64,000 nucleotides of DNA from Malacoraja senta (Eukaryota): NCBI GenBank assembly GCA_038087875.1, contig CM075978.1:180234001-180298000 (forward strand), read 5' to 3'. The stretch's first letter is position 1. Each line of letters begins with the position of its first letter. Position numbers and translations under genes: made by a program. A model generated the notes under the pieces. It made no database searches and was not told the DNA's origin. It was given only the letters and a program-made list of their open reading frames with translations. Positions 10,028 through 22,400 of the stretch are shown here, in pieces.

Positions 10028-11618
10028 TAAGGAGGTTGCACGGCAGTCGAGGTCACGACCCGTGACCCGTACTGTTGCCACGCAACGCATTCTGGAGTAC
10101 ACGCGGTGAACGTCAGGTAGGCACTTACTATGGCTGCCAATACAGCGGGCCCATATTCTGTTCCAGTATCCGGACTCCACGCTGACTGGTTTCACACTCG
10201 CGGACCCCCCGGGCCGTCCATCCCCGCGGCCGGGTGTGGGGGGAGGAGGTCGTGGTGCAGGTGCCGGTGCAGTGTGGTCAGTGACTCTGGGTGGGTGGAG
10301 GGACCAGACTGTCCCCAGCTCCGCTGCAGCTGACGGGGACGTTGCCGGGTGTTGGGGAGGGGGAGGTGGGGTGCGGGTAGTCGGGGTGGGGGTTGGGGTG
10401 TGGACGCGGGGGGCTGGGGATGGTCGGGGGCTTGGGGGGCGTGGGGGATGGTCGGGGCGGTCGGGGCGGTCGGTGGGGGGGGTCGGTGGGATGGGGGTCG
10501 GGGTGCCGGTGGGGGGGGGGTCGGGGTGCCGGTGCCGGTGCAGCGCGGTCAGTGATTCTGGGTGGGCGGAAGGACCAGACTGTCCCCAGCTCCGCTGCAG
10601 CTGACGGGGACGTTGCCGGGTGTTGGGGAGGGGGGGTGGGGTGCGGGTAGTCGGGTGGGGGTTGGGGTGTGGACGCGGGGGGCTGGGGATGGTCGGGGGC
10701 TTGGGGGGCGTGGGAGATGGTCGGGGCGGTCGGTGGGGGGGGGTCGGTGGGATGGGGGTCGGGGTGCCGGTGGGGGGGGGGGGTCGGGGTGCCGGTGCCG
10801 GTGCAGCGCGGTCAGTGATTCTGGGTGGGCGGAAGGACCAGACTGTCCCCAACTCTGTTGCAGCTGACGGGGCCGTTGCCGGGTGGTCGGGGGTGGGGTG
10901 TGGGGGGTGGTCGGGGGGAGGGGGTTGTTGGTCGGGGTGCCGGGGGGGGGGGGTCGGGGTGCCGGTGCCGGTGCATCTCGGTCAGTGTCTCCGGGTGGAC
11001 GGAAGCACTAGACTGTCCCCAACTCTGCTGCAGCTGACGGGGACGTTGCCGGGTGGGCGGGGGTGATCGGGGGTGGTCGGGGGGTGTGGGCGGTGGTCGG
11101 GGGGTCGGTGGGGGGTGGTGGTGGTGGTCGGGGGTGGGTGGTCGGGGGTGGACGGAAGCACCAGACTGTCCCCAACTCTGCTGCAGCTGACGGGGAAGTT
11201 GCCGGGTATTTGCCCCCATGTGTCCGTGCACGGAGCCCCGGTCACGCTCCACCGGGCCTCGTGTGTGGGCGTTGCCGACCCACAACCCGGGAGGGTGGGC
11301 GGAGGGCGGCCGTGGCCGGATAGCGCTCACCCCAGGCGGAGAGTAGGCGCTGTCCCGAGGGATGCGCTCCTTCGGCCACTTACATCTTGGTGCTCGGATT
11401 CAGAGCAAAGATACTAGAGCATTTGGATCAGAGTGCTCAGTCACCCTCCACGATTATTTACAGCGCAAAAATGGACCATTTCGGCGGTTTTTAACAGGTA
11501 AGAAAGTATTCGTTTCGTGTGTTAACAGTGTATGCAGGAGGCTGCCATGTCCTCCAGAAGGGTTGAGGTGCTACGCGCGTCACGCCCTTTGATCCGATGA
11601 TCTTATGCAACCCCCCTA
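10028..11618. mobile_element. Putative non-autonomous DNA transposon with an internal GC-rich minisatellite
   Basis: Imperfect 13-bp TIR (TAAGGAGGTTGCA / TGCAACCCCCCTA, 11/13 match). TSD not identified. Confidence 0.45.
10267..11205. repeat. GC-rich tandem array: ~83-bp core x4 plus a partial copy, with G-run spacers
   Basis: Core GTGCAGCGCGGTCAGTG...CCAGACTGTCCCCA.CTC.GCTGCAGCTGACGGGGACGTTGCCGGG at ~10267, 10538, 10801, 10971 and partially at 11149. Confidence 0.9.
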
Positions 11619-11639
11619 TTGGCTTATCTCATTCTTACC

Positions 11640-12440
11640 CAATATTGGTAGACACAAAATGCTGCAGTAATTCAGTTGGACAGGGAAAGTTTCGAGTCGA
11701 GACCCTTCTTCAGATTGAGAGGCGGGGAGAGGGAGACTAGAGATATGATAGGTAAGGTGTGAAAATGACAGACCCAACTTGAGTTGGGCCTCACGCTGAC
11801 AGTGGAGGAGGACCAGCAGATAAAGATCAGTATGGGAATGGGAGGGAGTCTTAAAGTGTTTGGCAATTGGGAGATCGCGTAGGCATAGGCGGATTAAGCG
11901 AAGGTGTTCAGCGAAACGATAGCCGAGCATGCGTTTAGTGTCGCCATTATATACTTATCCACATCTGGAGCAGCGGGTACAGTAGATGAGATTGGAGGAA
12001 ATGCACGTGAACCTGCACTGTGGAGGGAACGGTCTCGGTGGAAAGCGGAAAAGGGTGAAGATGAGAAGATGTGGTTAATGGTGGGATCCCGTTGAACGTG
12101 CCGAAAATGTCGGAGGATTATATGCTGCACCGACGGCTGGTGGGGTGAAAGGTGAGGACTAGGGGGACTCCGGCCCTGTTGCGACTAGGAGGAGGCGGAA
12201 CAAGGACGGAGCTGCGGGATACCGAGGAGACCCATGTGATGGCCTCATCTATGATGGAAGAGTGGAACCCCGGTTCCCTAAGGATGAGGGACTCCCACAG
12301 TGGTCTAGACTACTCTTCTCCCCACCCTGCCTCCTGCAAAGACTCTATCCCCTACTCCCAATTCCTCCATCTACACCGCATCTGTGCCCAAGATGAGGCG
12401 GTCCATACAAGGACATCTGAGATGTTCTCACCACTCCACC
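11640..12440 (-). mobile_element. Penelope-like retroelement fragment (GIY-YIG region), rearranged
   Basis: YRFAEHLRLI...DLPIAKHFKTPSHSHTDL...LLHCQ on the minus strand; the strand switches near 12290. Confidence 0.7.
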
Positions 12441-12699
12441 ATTAGAACTCCAATGAGCACAATTGATTGAAGATGGCACAATGATGCATGTACCAATTGG
12501 TCTCTATGAACCTAAATATAAATATATTAGTTTGAGGAAAGACTTGATAAATGTTAAGACTGCTGCGTGCTCCGATTGATAGAGACATGGCGAACCACCG
12601 CGTCAACATGAGGCTTTCTCTCCACACCAGATTTGCCTCAAGGTGCCATTGGGCAAGGCTAGAAGGGTGGGGGGGGGGGGGTATGTTTCCTAATTAGCA

Positions 12700-13215
12700 C
12701 AACTTCGTGCTTGGACTCAGGGGTCCTGTCAAGCTCCTGCTTCCCTGACTGGGATTATTTTACCGTGAACTTTCGGGGAAACTACCTGCCACCGGAAATC
12801 AGATTGACTATCCTGTTAGCTGACTGCATCCCACCACATGCTAATGCTAATCTTGCACTCCTGGAACTACACACATTCACCGATAGCCTTGAAGGGAAGT
12901 CCCCCAAGGCCTTGTTCTTAATGCCCAGGGACTTCAATCAGGGCAACCTTAAGAGCCTGCTACTAAAATGCTATCAGTGCATTTCCTGTCCAACGTGAGA
13001 TCCAATCGCCTTCGACCACTGGTATACAACTACCAAAGACAACCCGTGCTTCATTCTGCACTGAACCTTGGTAAATCCAACCAACTGGCTGTGGTTCTGC
13101 CCCCGACCTACAAACAGAAGTTGACACCAGGCGATCCAGAACAGATGTTCTGCAATGCTGGTCTGAAGAAGCAGATGAGATTCTTGACGACTATTTTGAG
13201 TCTGTGAACTGGTCC
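12700..13215 (+). mobile_element. Rex1/Babar-like LINE endonuclease fragment
   Basis: YLPPE...CIPPHANANLAL...DFNQGNLKSLL, degenerate. Confidence 0.55.
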
Positions 13216-15214
13216 ATATTTAAGGGGTCAAGGGAGTCATGGATCAATTGTCATAAGAATCAACAATGGAACGATTACATTATTACTTGCAGCTGTGTAA
13301 CAGACCTCAATGAAGACTTCAAGCACAATAAACATAGATAATATATAATTAGTAAAATCTCAATAAACGAATCACTCCAATGCCAGTACAAAAAGCCAGA
13401 AGTCCTTCGTGCAACCAAATATAGTCTGTAGTCCATAGCTGAGGTTAGTGTTGTGTAGTGTTCAAGAGCTTGATTGCAGTTGGGAAGGATCTATTCTTGA
13501 ACCAGGCAGTCACGGGTTACAGACTTCTATTCATTCCTCCTGATGGTCGGAATGAAATGAGAGCATGGCAGGGTACTATGGGTCTTTTGGAATGATGGTT
13601 ACCTCTTTGAGGCAATACCTCCTATAGATCCCTTTGAATTGAGCAGGCCAGTATCTATGATTCACCAGGCAATGTCCACCACTCTTTGTGATCTCCTTAC
13701 TTCCTGAGCATTAGAGTTGTCGAACCAGGCTATTATTCAACAAGTAATACTCTACGAGATACATGCGTAGACGTTCAGGAGAGTATTCATACACATATTG
13801 AATTTTCGCAATCTTCTGAGGACGTAGAGGTACCCAACCTTTTTCGTCCCGTTTACCACTGGCAACTTTAATAGCACATAACAATGTTATTTCACGGCAG
13901 CCACATTACCTCTTCTTAATATGCCAATTCAACTCTTCATTTTCATGTCGCATTAGGTCATCTGTCCTAATATAAAATTATGATTATGAATACTCCAGTA
14001 AAATGTATTGTGATGTCTTCATATGCTAAAAGTACTGTGAAAAAAACAAATTGTTCTTATTCGTCACCAAGATCTGTCAAGAAAGGCGTTGGCCGACACT
14101 CCAAAAATATAGAAGCCATATTGACATTTTGAAGCCCAAGCCAAACTCTTGTTCATTGAGCATTGATAAATATATTGTAATTTTATTTTCAAATTGGTTG
14201 TGTTGTGCAGTCACAAGATAATGTACTGATGGCCGTATTGAATTGCATTCAGGGAGTAAATGAAACTGACAAGACGACTCACGTCTTTCTTCAGCATCCC
14301 AACTCCAATAAAACAGCAGTATCCACGCATAAAGGCAAAAGCGCACTTTACGCGAGTACAAATCCTTAAAGGAAAGCGAGAATTAATATTTGAAATAAAG
14401 TTTTTTGGTGCGAACCATTAGTAAGTGTAAGTCCAAAGTATTGTTTCGTTTCATTTATTGCATCCAGAGAAAACGCAGAGCTGTTACATATCAGGCCAAA
14501 TAAGAAATGCATTTCTGATCCCATTACAAATGAAAACACATTTTCTGGCTCATTTCACCACACGATCAGAAAAGATGCAGGTTTCGAATATGCATTGAAA
14601 GGAAGATTCACATTCACATTCAGTTTTCCAATCAAATTGAGCAATGTAATTTTATTGCTGGATTATCAGATCGTAGAGTTCTCACTTACCCGGTAACCCA
14701 TAAAAGGAACGCAAGCATTAAAATGCCATTTCAGTTAACGCCAACTACATAACAAGAGACCCGTGAAGCAGACAATTGTGAAATTCAGGGAATATTTCAC
14801 ATGTTTTGCACGACGTGCATATCTCTACAAACAAAGAACGGCACAGCACAGAACATGACATCTGGCCCAGGACTGTGTAAAACGTGCTTGCATTCAGAGG
14901 CATGTTATTTAGTATAAGATTTAGGTCATTATGTTGCTTCACTACTAGCCATTGGCTATGACACTCTTGAAATATTATGTTTGGTTCTGCTCACAACACT
15001 ATTGAAAGGTTTTGGTCGCGCTAGAAGAGTACAGAAGAGATTTGTTCGCGGTTTAAGATTGATGCAAAAAGCTGGTGTAACTCAGCGGGACATGCAGCAT
15101 CTCTGGAGAGAAGGAATGGGTGACGTTTCGGGTCGAGACCCTTCTTCAGACTTGTTGTGTTTATCTTCAGTTTAAACCAGCATCTGCATTTCCTTCCTAC
15201 ACATTTGTTCACGT

Positions 15215-15650
15215 CTTGCCTGGAATGGGGGGCTATAGGCACAAGAAGAGGTTGGATGGGCTGGGGTTGTTCAAACTGAAACAAAGTCGGTTGCATGGTG
15301 ACCTTATCGAGGTTTATGAAATTATGACCCTCATAAACAGGGAAGATAGTCACAGTCTTTATTCAAAGGGGTGGAGGGGTCTAAAACTAGAAGAGATATG
15401 TATAAATGGAAGAGGGGAATATTTAACGGATGCCTTCGAGGGAGGTTTTCATACAGAGGGTGGTGCATATATGGAACAATCTGCCAGAGAAGGTGTCAAA
15501 GGTAGATATAATCACAGTTTTAAACGAATTTAGGAAGATACACGAATTGAAAACGAATAAAAGGATAAGGACAGGAAAATTGCATGAATGTAGATAGGTA
15601 TCTCGGTCTCCATGGGTTAGCGGCCCGAATGTGTTTGGTTTGATGCTGCA
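15215..15650 (+). mobile_element. CR1-type LINE 3' fragment
   Basis: RLDGLGLFKLKQSRLHGDLIEVYEIM... Confidence 0.75.
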
Positions 15651-15959
15651 CGTCTCCATTTTCCCTTCAGTGAGTGTGTTTGTCGCTCGAGCAAATGGAA
15701 AGTCTCAAACAGCAGAGAATAGAATTGCACTCGCGAGCCTGCTGATGATATCGTGGTAACAATCTGTGGTTAAAAGTTAAGTTGCGCTGCGCTCAGACAA
15801 TCTATTTGCAGAATGCTCGCCTTATCACGTTCGATGCTTAACTTGGCCATAAAAAATGTAATTTGAGCAATTTATTTGAAAGTCTGTTTCTTTGAGGCAA
15901 TTTTATGTCAAGTTGCTCTGCAAAGTCTGTGCTTCAATTTCACGACATGTCATAGAATC

Positions 15960-16810
15960 AGACAGCTTAGAAACAGGCCCATCTCAATGTCAGCAAGACA
16001 AAGGGGATACTGATCGACTTACGGAAGCGAAGCGGTACACATACCCCAGTTTGCATTGGCGGTGCCGAAGTAGAGATCATTAAAAACTTCAAATTCCTAG
16101 GAGTCAATATTACCAACGACTTCTCCTGGACCACGCATATTGAAGCAACGACCAAGAAAGCACACCCAACGACTCTAATTCCTTAGACGGCTAAGGAAGT
16201 TTGGCAGGTCCCCGACAACTCTCACCAACCTCTTCATATACACCGTAGAAGTATTTTATCAGGATGCATCACAGCTCGGTTTGGGAACAGCTCCATCCAA
16301 GACGTCAAGAAATTGCAGCGAATTGTGGACACAGCCCGGACCATAACACAAACAAGTCTCCCTTCTATAGACTCAATTTATAGCTCACGCTGCTTCGTCA
16401 AGGCCAGCAGCATAATCAAGGCCGAGTCGCACCCTGGCCACTCCCTCTTCTTCCCTCTCTCATCGGGCAAAATGTATAGAAGTGTGAAAAAGCACACCAC
16501 CAGATTCAGGACAGTTTCTTCCCAGCTGTTATCAGACAACGGAATCATCCTACCGCAACCTGAGAGCAGTGCTGAACTACTATCTACCTCTTTGATGACT
16601 ATCGGACTATCTTTGATCGGACTTTGCTGGCTAAAATTTACCTTGCACTAAACGCTATTCCCTTATCATGTATCGCTGTAAATGGATCGATTGTAATCAT
16701 GTATTGTCTTTCTGCTGACTGGTTATCGCGCACAAAAGCGTTTCACTGTACCTCGGTACACGTAAACATAAACTAAACTGGACTAAACTGAACTACACTG
16801 AACTGAACTT
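15960..16810 (+). mobile_element. Rex1/Babar-like LINE RT 3' end
   Basis: FKFLGVNIT...LRRLRKFG...LQRIVDTARTITQTSLPSIDSIY...HPGHSLFFPLSSGK; (TAAAC/TGAAC)n tail. Confidence 0.75.
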
Positions 16811-17009
16811 GCCAACACCGACCAACATTTCTCATCTACATTAATCCCACCAGCCTGCGTTTGGCCCATATCCCACTACACCTGTCCTATCAATGTACCT
16901 GTCTAAATGTTTCTTAAATGGTGCGATAGTAGCTGCATCGAATACCTCCTCCGGCAGCTCGATCCATGCACCCGCCACCCTTTGTGTGAAAAAATTACCA
17001 CGCGAGTTG

Positions 17010-17850
17010 TTCAGTTTAGTTTAGTGTATTATTGCCATTTGTACCGAGGTACAAAGAAACTATTTTATTTGTATGCGATCCAGTCAAGGAAAGGACGTTA
17101 CATGAATACAATCAAGCCATCCACAGAGCACAGATAAAGGATACGTACCTCATTTAGTACAAGATAAAGCTGATAAAGTCCGATTAAAAATAGTTCAAAG
17201 GTCTCCAATGAGGTAGACGAGAGGTTAGGACCAGGACCGTTCTCCAGCTGATGAGAGTACCGTTCAGTTGACCGATAACAGCTGGGAAGATTATCCCTGA
17301 ATCTGGGGATATGCCTTTTCAGGCATCTGTACCTCTTGCCTGGTGGAAGAGGGGAGAAGATGGAATGACGAGAGTGAGACTGCTCCTTGATTATGCTGGT
17401 GATCTTGCTAAGGTGATTTGAAGTGTGTGTGGAGTCAACGGGAGGGAGGTTGGTTTGCCTGATGGTTTGGTCTACATCCACAACTCTCTGCAATTCCTTG
17501 CGGCCATGGATGGAGCTGTTTTTAAAGCAGTAGGTGATGCATGCTAAAAAAATGCTTTCTAGAGCACATTTTTAGAGGTTGTTGAGGGTTGCTGGGGACC
17601 AACCGAACTTCATTGGCTTTCCAAGGAAGTAGAGGTATTGGTGCACTTTTTTCCCCATACCTTCCTTGTAGCTGGCCCGGGACAAATTGCATGTGATATT
17701 TATTCCTAGAAACTTGAAGCTTTCAACTTTCTCTACTTCGACGCCATCAACGTATAATGAGTGTGTGCACTGTTTTGCTTCCAGAAGTAAATCGCAATGC
17801 CCTTTGACTTGCTGACATTGGGGTGGAAGTTGTTGTCTTGGCATCAGGCG
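17010..17850 (-). mobile_element. Rex1/Babar-like LINE RT 3' end
   Basis: Minus-strand ORFs VEKVESFKFLGINIT and MQRVVDVDQTIRQTNLPPVDS. Confidence 0.72.
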
Positions 17851-18640
17851 ACAAGGTGCTTAGTCTTTTTTCTGTACTCCATAAAGTTTCACGAACTCCT
17901 TTCTGTACTCTGGAAAGAAAAAATAAGGGAAGCAATTTTCGCAATATCAAATAATATTCGTTTTTTAAATGTGTTAATCTGTCTCTGACAGTGTCGACTA
18001 TTGGACCATTTATACTTTCACTGACTAGTTGTTATAAAATCGATGTCAGGAAAACATTTTTGTTCAAACTGACCTTCCAATCGGATACATCATGGGGCCA
18101 CTGGGGGAAAAAGTCGACTATTTTCATCTGAAAGAGATTATGTTATGACCTTTGGCACTTCTCTGCAATATGTCAGGTAATACACTGAAACTGATACATC
18201 ATCTTCACATGCAAGAGAGCAAAACTTATAAAACACACGAAGAGCTGTCAGTTACTTGTCTACTTAATTTCATGTTCGTATTTGAATACGTTTGATAATA
18301 CGCTAAAGTCATTCAGATGATAAGGCAGTTCAAACTAAAAATACATCTGTAATTTGTTTCACTCTTGCTTGTGGCTTTCAAAGTTCGGACAGATTTAAAG
18401 GAATTGAGACTAGATATAGAGGAATAAATGAAAAGAGGTTACAACTGTAGTTAAAGACGAATCTCCAGGAATTTACAGATTTTTTTAATCTCAAGTCTCT
18501 CTCGGTCATTGACATGTTTCCGTTTTTTCATAATTGATTCCCTTTCTAACACTCCCAGCTTTTACTTTTTATCAATTCGTATCACCTTTTGTTTGTTCAA
18601 TTAATCATTGGTCTCGTGCCGATTCGTCCTTCTTTATAGT

Positions 18641-18906
18641 TTAGTTTAGAGATACATCGCCCACCGAGTCCGCACCGAACAACGATCCCCGCACATTCGC
18701 ATGTCCTACACACACTAGGGTCAATTTACATTCATACCAAGCCAATTCGCGTACAAACCTGTAGGTCTTTGGTGTGTGTGGGAGGAAACCGAAGATCTCG
18801 GAGAAAACCCACGCGGTCACGGAGAAAACAGACAGACAGCACCCATAGTCGGAATCGAGCCCGCGTCTCTGGCAGCAAGGAAGCAACTCTACCGCTGCGC
18901 CACCGT
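18641..18906 (-). mobile_element. tRNA-derived SINE (HE1-like)
   Basis: Minus strand has A box TGGCGCAGCGG, B box-like GGCTCGATTCC and a (CTAAA)n tail. Absent from the homologous upstream region of gene A (~2330). Confidence 0.7.
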
Positions 18907-19009
18907 ACTTCAGTAATTCACTGCAGGTTTTTAATGCATAATTGGCCCTTTACAACGCAATGCAGTGAGATAGAACATTTTGCCGTCAGAAATCTAAGGG
19001 AACATCGAA

Positions 19010-19315
19010 GGTACACAAAAATGCTGGCGAAACTTAGCGGGTGCAGCAGCATCTATGGAGCGAAGGAAATAGGCAACGTTTCGGGCCGAAACCCTTCTTC
19101 AGACTGATGGGGGGTGGGGAGAAGAAAGGAAAAAGGCGGAGGAGGAGCCCGAGGCCTGAGGGATGGGAGGAGACAGCAAGGGCTAACAGAATAGGGAGAA
19201 TTCAATGTTCATGCCCCCAGGATGCAGACTCCCCAAGCGGAATATGAGGTGCTGTTCCCCCAATTTCCGGTGTTGCTCGCTCTGGCCATGGAGGAGACGC
19301 AGGACAGAGAGACCC
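19010..19315 (-). mobile_element. Penelope-like fragment
   Basis: Terminal motif plus ...EQQHRKLGEQHLIFRLGSLHPGGMNIEF on the minus strand. Confidence 0.65.
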
Positions 19316-19478
19316 GCATCTAAGGGAACATATCTCCTCCAGCGTACTCACGGAAGCATAAATACTGTGTACTCGAAATGCATCATGCTCCCCTAGTCAT
19401 GTGATACACCGTGTCGGATACACATACTTCAGGCATCCTATAATATCCTATTTCTTACGCAAAGCACTCATTTGCAGT

Positions 19479-22400
19479 ATGTCGGTGCAAGCAATCGTTC
19501 GGTACATAGGTCTTCTTGCTTTGCTTTGTCAAGGTATGCTTAGTTTATGTCCGATTTTGCAGAGCAAATCTTATTTTATAATATTTTACACTAGTTTGCC
19601 ACAGCAAATTAAATTTACAACGTTTCTCCAATTCCTTTACCATTGTTTCCTAATTGTTTCGTATTTTTGTATCTGTTGGCTCTTTATCTTGATGCTGTAT
19701 GTGCAACTGCTTTCATCGTATTTACTTGTTTTCTGCCACCCGCAAAAGCAACTTCGAGCAAAGTGGAACAATTCCCCGCAATCTTGAAAGTCTCCAGAGG
19801 CAGAAATGAGTCCATGTTCTGCAAATTTCCAATATTAAAAGAAACCGCTGACGTTTCTTGGTGGAGAGGGGGCGAGAAGACATTTATGGAACCGGACAAC
19901 AGAAAGCAATTCAAAGTAGACAAGGGAAGCAGTACGTTTACTTTGCTGAATGTGAGTGTCGCAGACTTGGGGATGTATTACTGTCGAGTGAAAGATCAAC
20001 TGCAACTTATCGGCAATGGAACTGGATCCCAGCTAATTGTGTTAAGTAAGTTTATTTGTTACGGGATATGTTCATCTGTTGCAGTGTCTTTGTTCCGGGA
20101 GGCGGGATATTTTTTATCTGTTGCAGTGTAACTAAAGATTGCTGGTGGGGAAAATATAAATCTTAGATCACTAGATTATGAACTGCATTAACTAGTTCCT
20201 TCCATAATTTTAATAGTTACTTGCGAGGTGGGATTTCGAAAGTAAGGGAACATGCTGAAAATATTCCACCCGTCGGTCGATATCCGCGAATGATTCTGTT
20301 ATTGTTTCGTTTTACTACGAATTTTCTTACCAATTCACATTGACATGGCCCCGGAGATTGCTCCTGTAAATTTGCAGGTCAAATTATAAACCCAACGAAA
20401 TATATGTTACTCCGAATTTCCAGAAATCTCCGTAACTACCACATGCATCTAAGAAAGAGCAAACGCTCAGAGAAATGTCTGGTTTTGAATTTTTTTTTTA
20501 AAGCTCTACTACAGGACCTTACCACGCAGTGAACCTGTCGCATCCCTTCAGAATAGTCTCGCGATTCCCACGTGGTAACAGCACGAAAGTTTCACTTTTG
20601 TGATTTGCCTCAATTATATTTGTCATCTTTATATCCACCGTAAAATAATTTATAACAAAATTATACAGTAAACAAACGACCACGCGGATAACAAGAGGTA
20701 GTGGCAACTATTCAGCGACAAATGTTCATTGTAATTAAATAAATCTTGCAATTTCACACTCATGTTTATTGTTGCAGCTCCCCCAACTCCACTGAAAATT
20801 GTTCTTTTTGAAGGAAGTGCGCCGCATTTCCCGAAACTCGTGTGTAAAACGGCGGCGTTTTATCCGGAGAAATTAGAAGTCACCTGGCAAAGAAATAACA
20901 TTGAAATTTTGACTGGTATAGAAACCGTGAGAAACAGGACTGCGGAGGGATTTTATGAGGCTTCGAGTTTTTTGCAAGATGCGCTGTCTGCTCCAGGCAA
21001 AACTATTTACACCTGCCTGGTATCACACGAATCCCTTACAGTCCCTGCAGGTTTCAGCTACGTTGTCGAGCAAGGTAAGACAGGAGGCATTTAACACACA
21101 CTGCACGGGGAATACGGTTAGATAATTGTTGAAACACTAAGGGGGGAAATCTGAATTGTATTTATACGCAGTGAAAGATTGAGTTGCTAGCTACCTATAG
21201 TTATGTAAATATCGTTTGCTCTCTCACCACTGCAAAGATAATCTTTGGAAATATATACTGACTGTCATAACTAAAGCAGTCACAAAACATTTCACAAGAA
21301 TTAAGATGTAAGATAAATCGCTAAGCTGCTCAGGGAGATGTCAGGTCAGATCACCAGTTGTGAAAAAAAGAAGCAGCGGTGAATTTCGTGGGCGAAGCTT
21401 GGCGCATCATCGTGGTAGAACAGGGAAATTCAGCCGGAGAGTGTATGAAATAAATGAACTTTTACGTACATTTTGAACTTTGGGCTAAAGTACCGGGCGC
21501 TGTGTTGTAAAAATAAATAAAATCCTTTTATCTTAATAAGCAAACCTCTTCACAATCTGCCACCGTGTGTGTGATTTGTTCCTTCAATAAATTCCAATAT
21601 TACCTTACAATTCATGGACAATGGAGGACCAGGCGTGGGGAGACCGCCGTGGAGAGGGGGAAGGGAGGAGGACAAATGGGGACCTGGCGCGGGGGTAACT
21701 TTGTAACTTTGTAAGCGCCCTTGGGTATGCAAGCAAATAATTTCACTGTGACGTGTCACATGTGACGACGAAGTATTGAATCTGTATTGAATATTTTATG
21801 CAGGGAGGGTGGATAGATACCTTAAAATGCTCTGCTTTCTTGTCTCCCTATTCCTGAATATGTGTTCCTATGGTTCACAGTATCTTATGTTTCGCCAGAT
21901 CCAGAAACCACGAACAAAACACAAATTCTTGGATGTGTAGTGGGCGGACTGTTAATTGTGATTCTGATTATATTTTTCACAAGATTCGGATTAAAGACGC
22001 AACAGGGTAAGAACGTTGCATATTTTTACCAAGTACTGCAATTTATCAGTTCTGTTCATTGATCAGAGACAGGGTACATTCTATTGCAGCGCGAAACACG
22101 ATTTCAAAGTCATTTACTGCTTGAAAATTGATAATAGCGGTCTTTCTTTCAAGAGAGAGCTAGATAGGGCTCTTCAAGAGAGAGCTAGATAGGGCTCTTA
22201 AAGATAGCGGAGTTGGGGGATATGGGGAGAAGGCAGGAACGGGGTACTGATTGTGGATGATCAGCCGTGGTCACATTGAATGGCGGTGCTGGCTCGAAGG
22301 GCCGAATGGCCTACTCCTGCACCTATTGTCTATTGTCAGTCAAACACGGAATCTGAACAGAAAATTATTTCATCTGCCCCACACCACCCTGACATCACAT

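Noticed and set aside
9875-11417. Many long Pro-rich or Gly-rich ORFs on both strands
   Set aside because: By-products of the GC-rich tandem array; no splice structure or recognisable domain.
14283-14364. Minus-strand exon-like segment (good AG and GTGAGT) with hydrophobic translation
   Set aside because: No frame gives a clean TM with phase-1 boundaries, and no partner exons were found on the minus strand.
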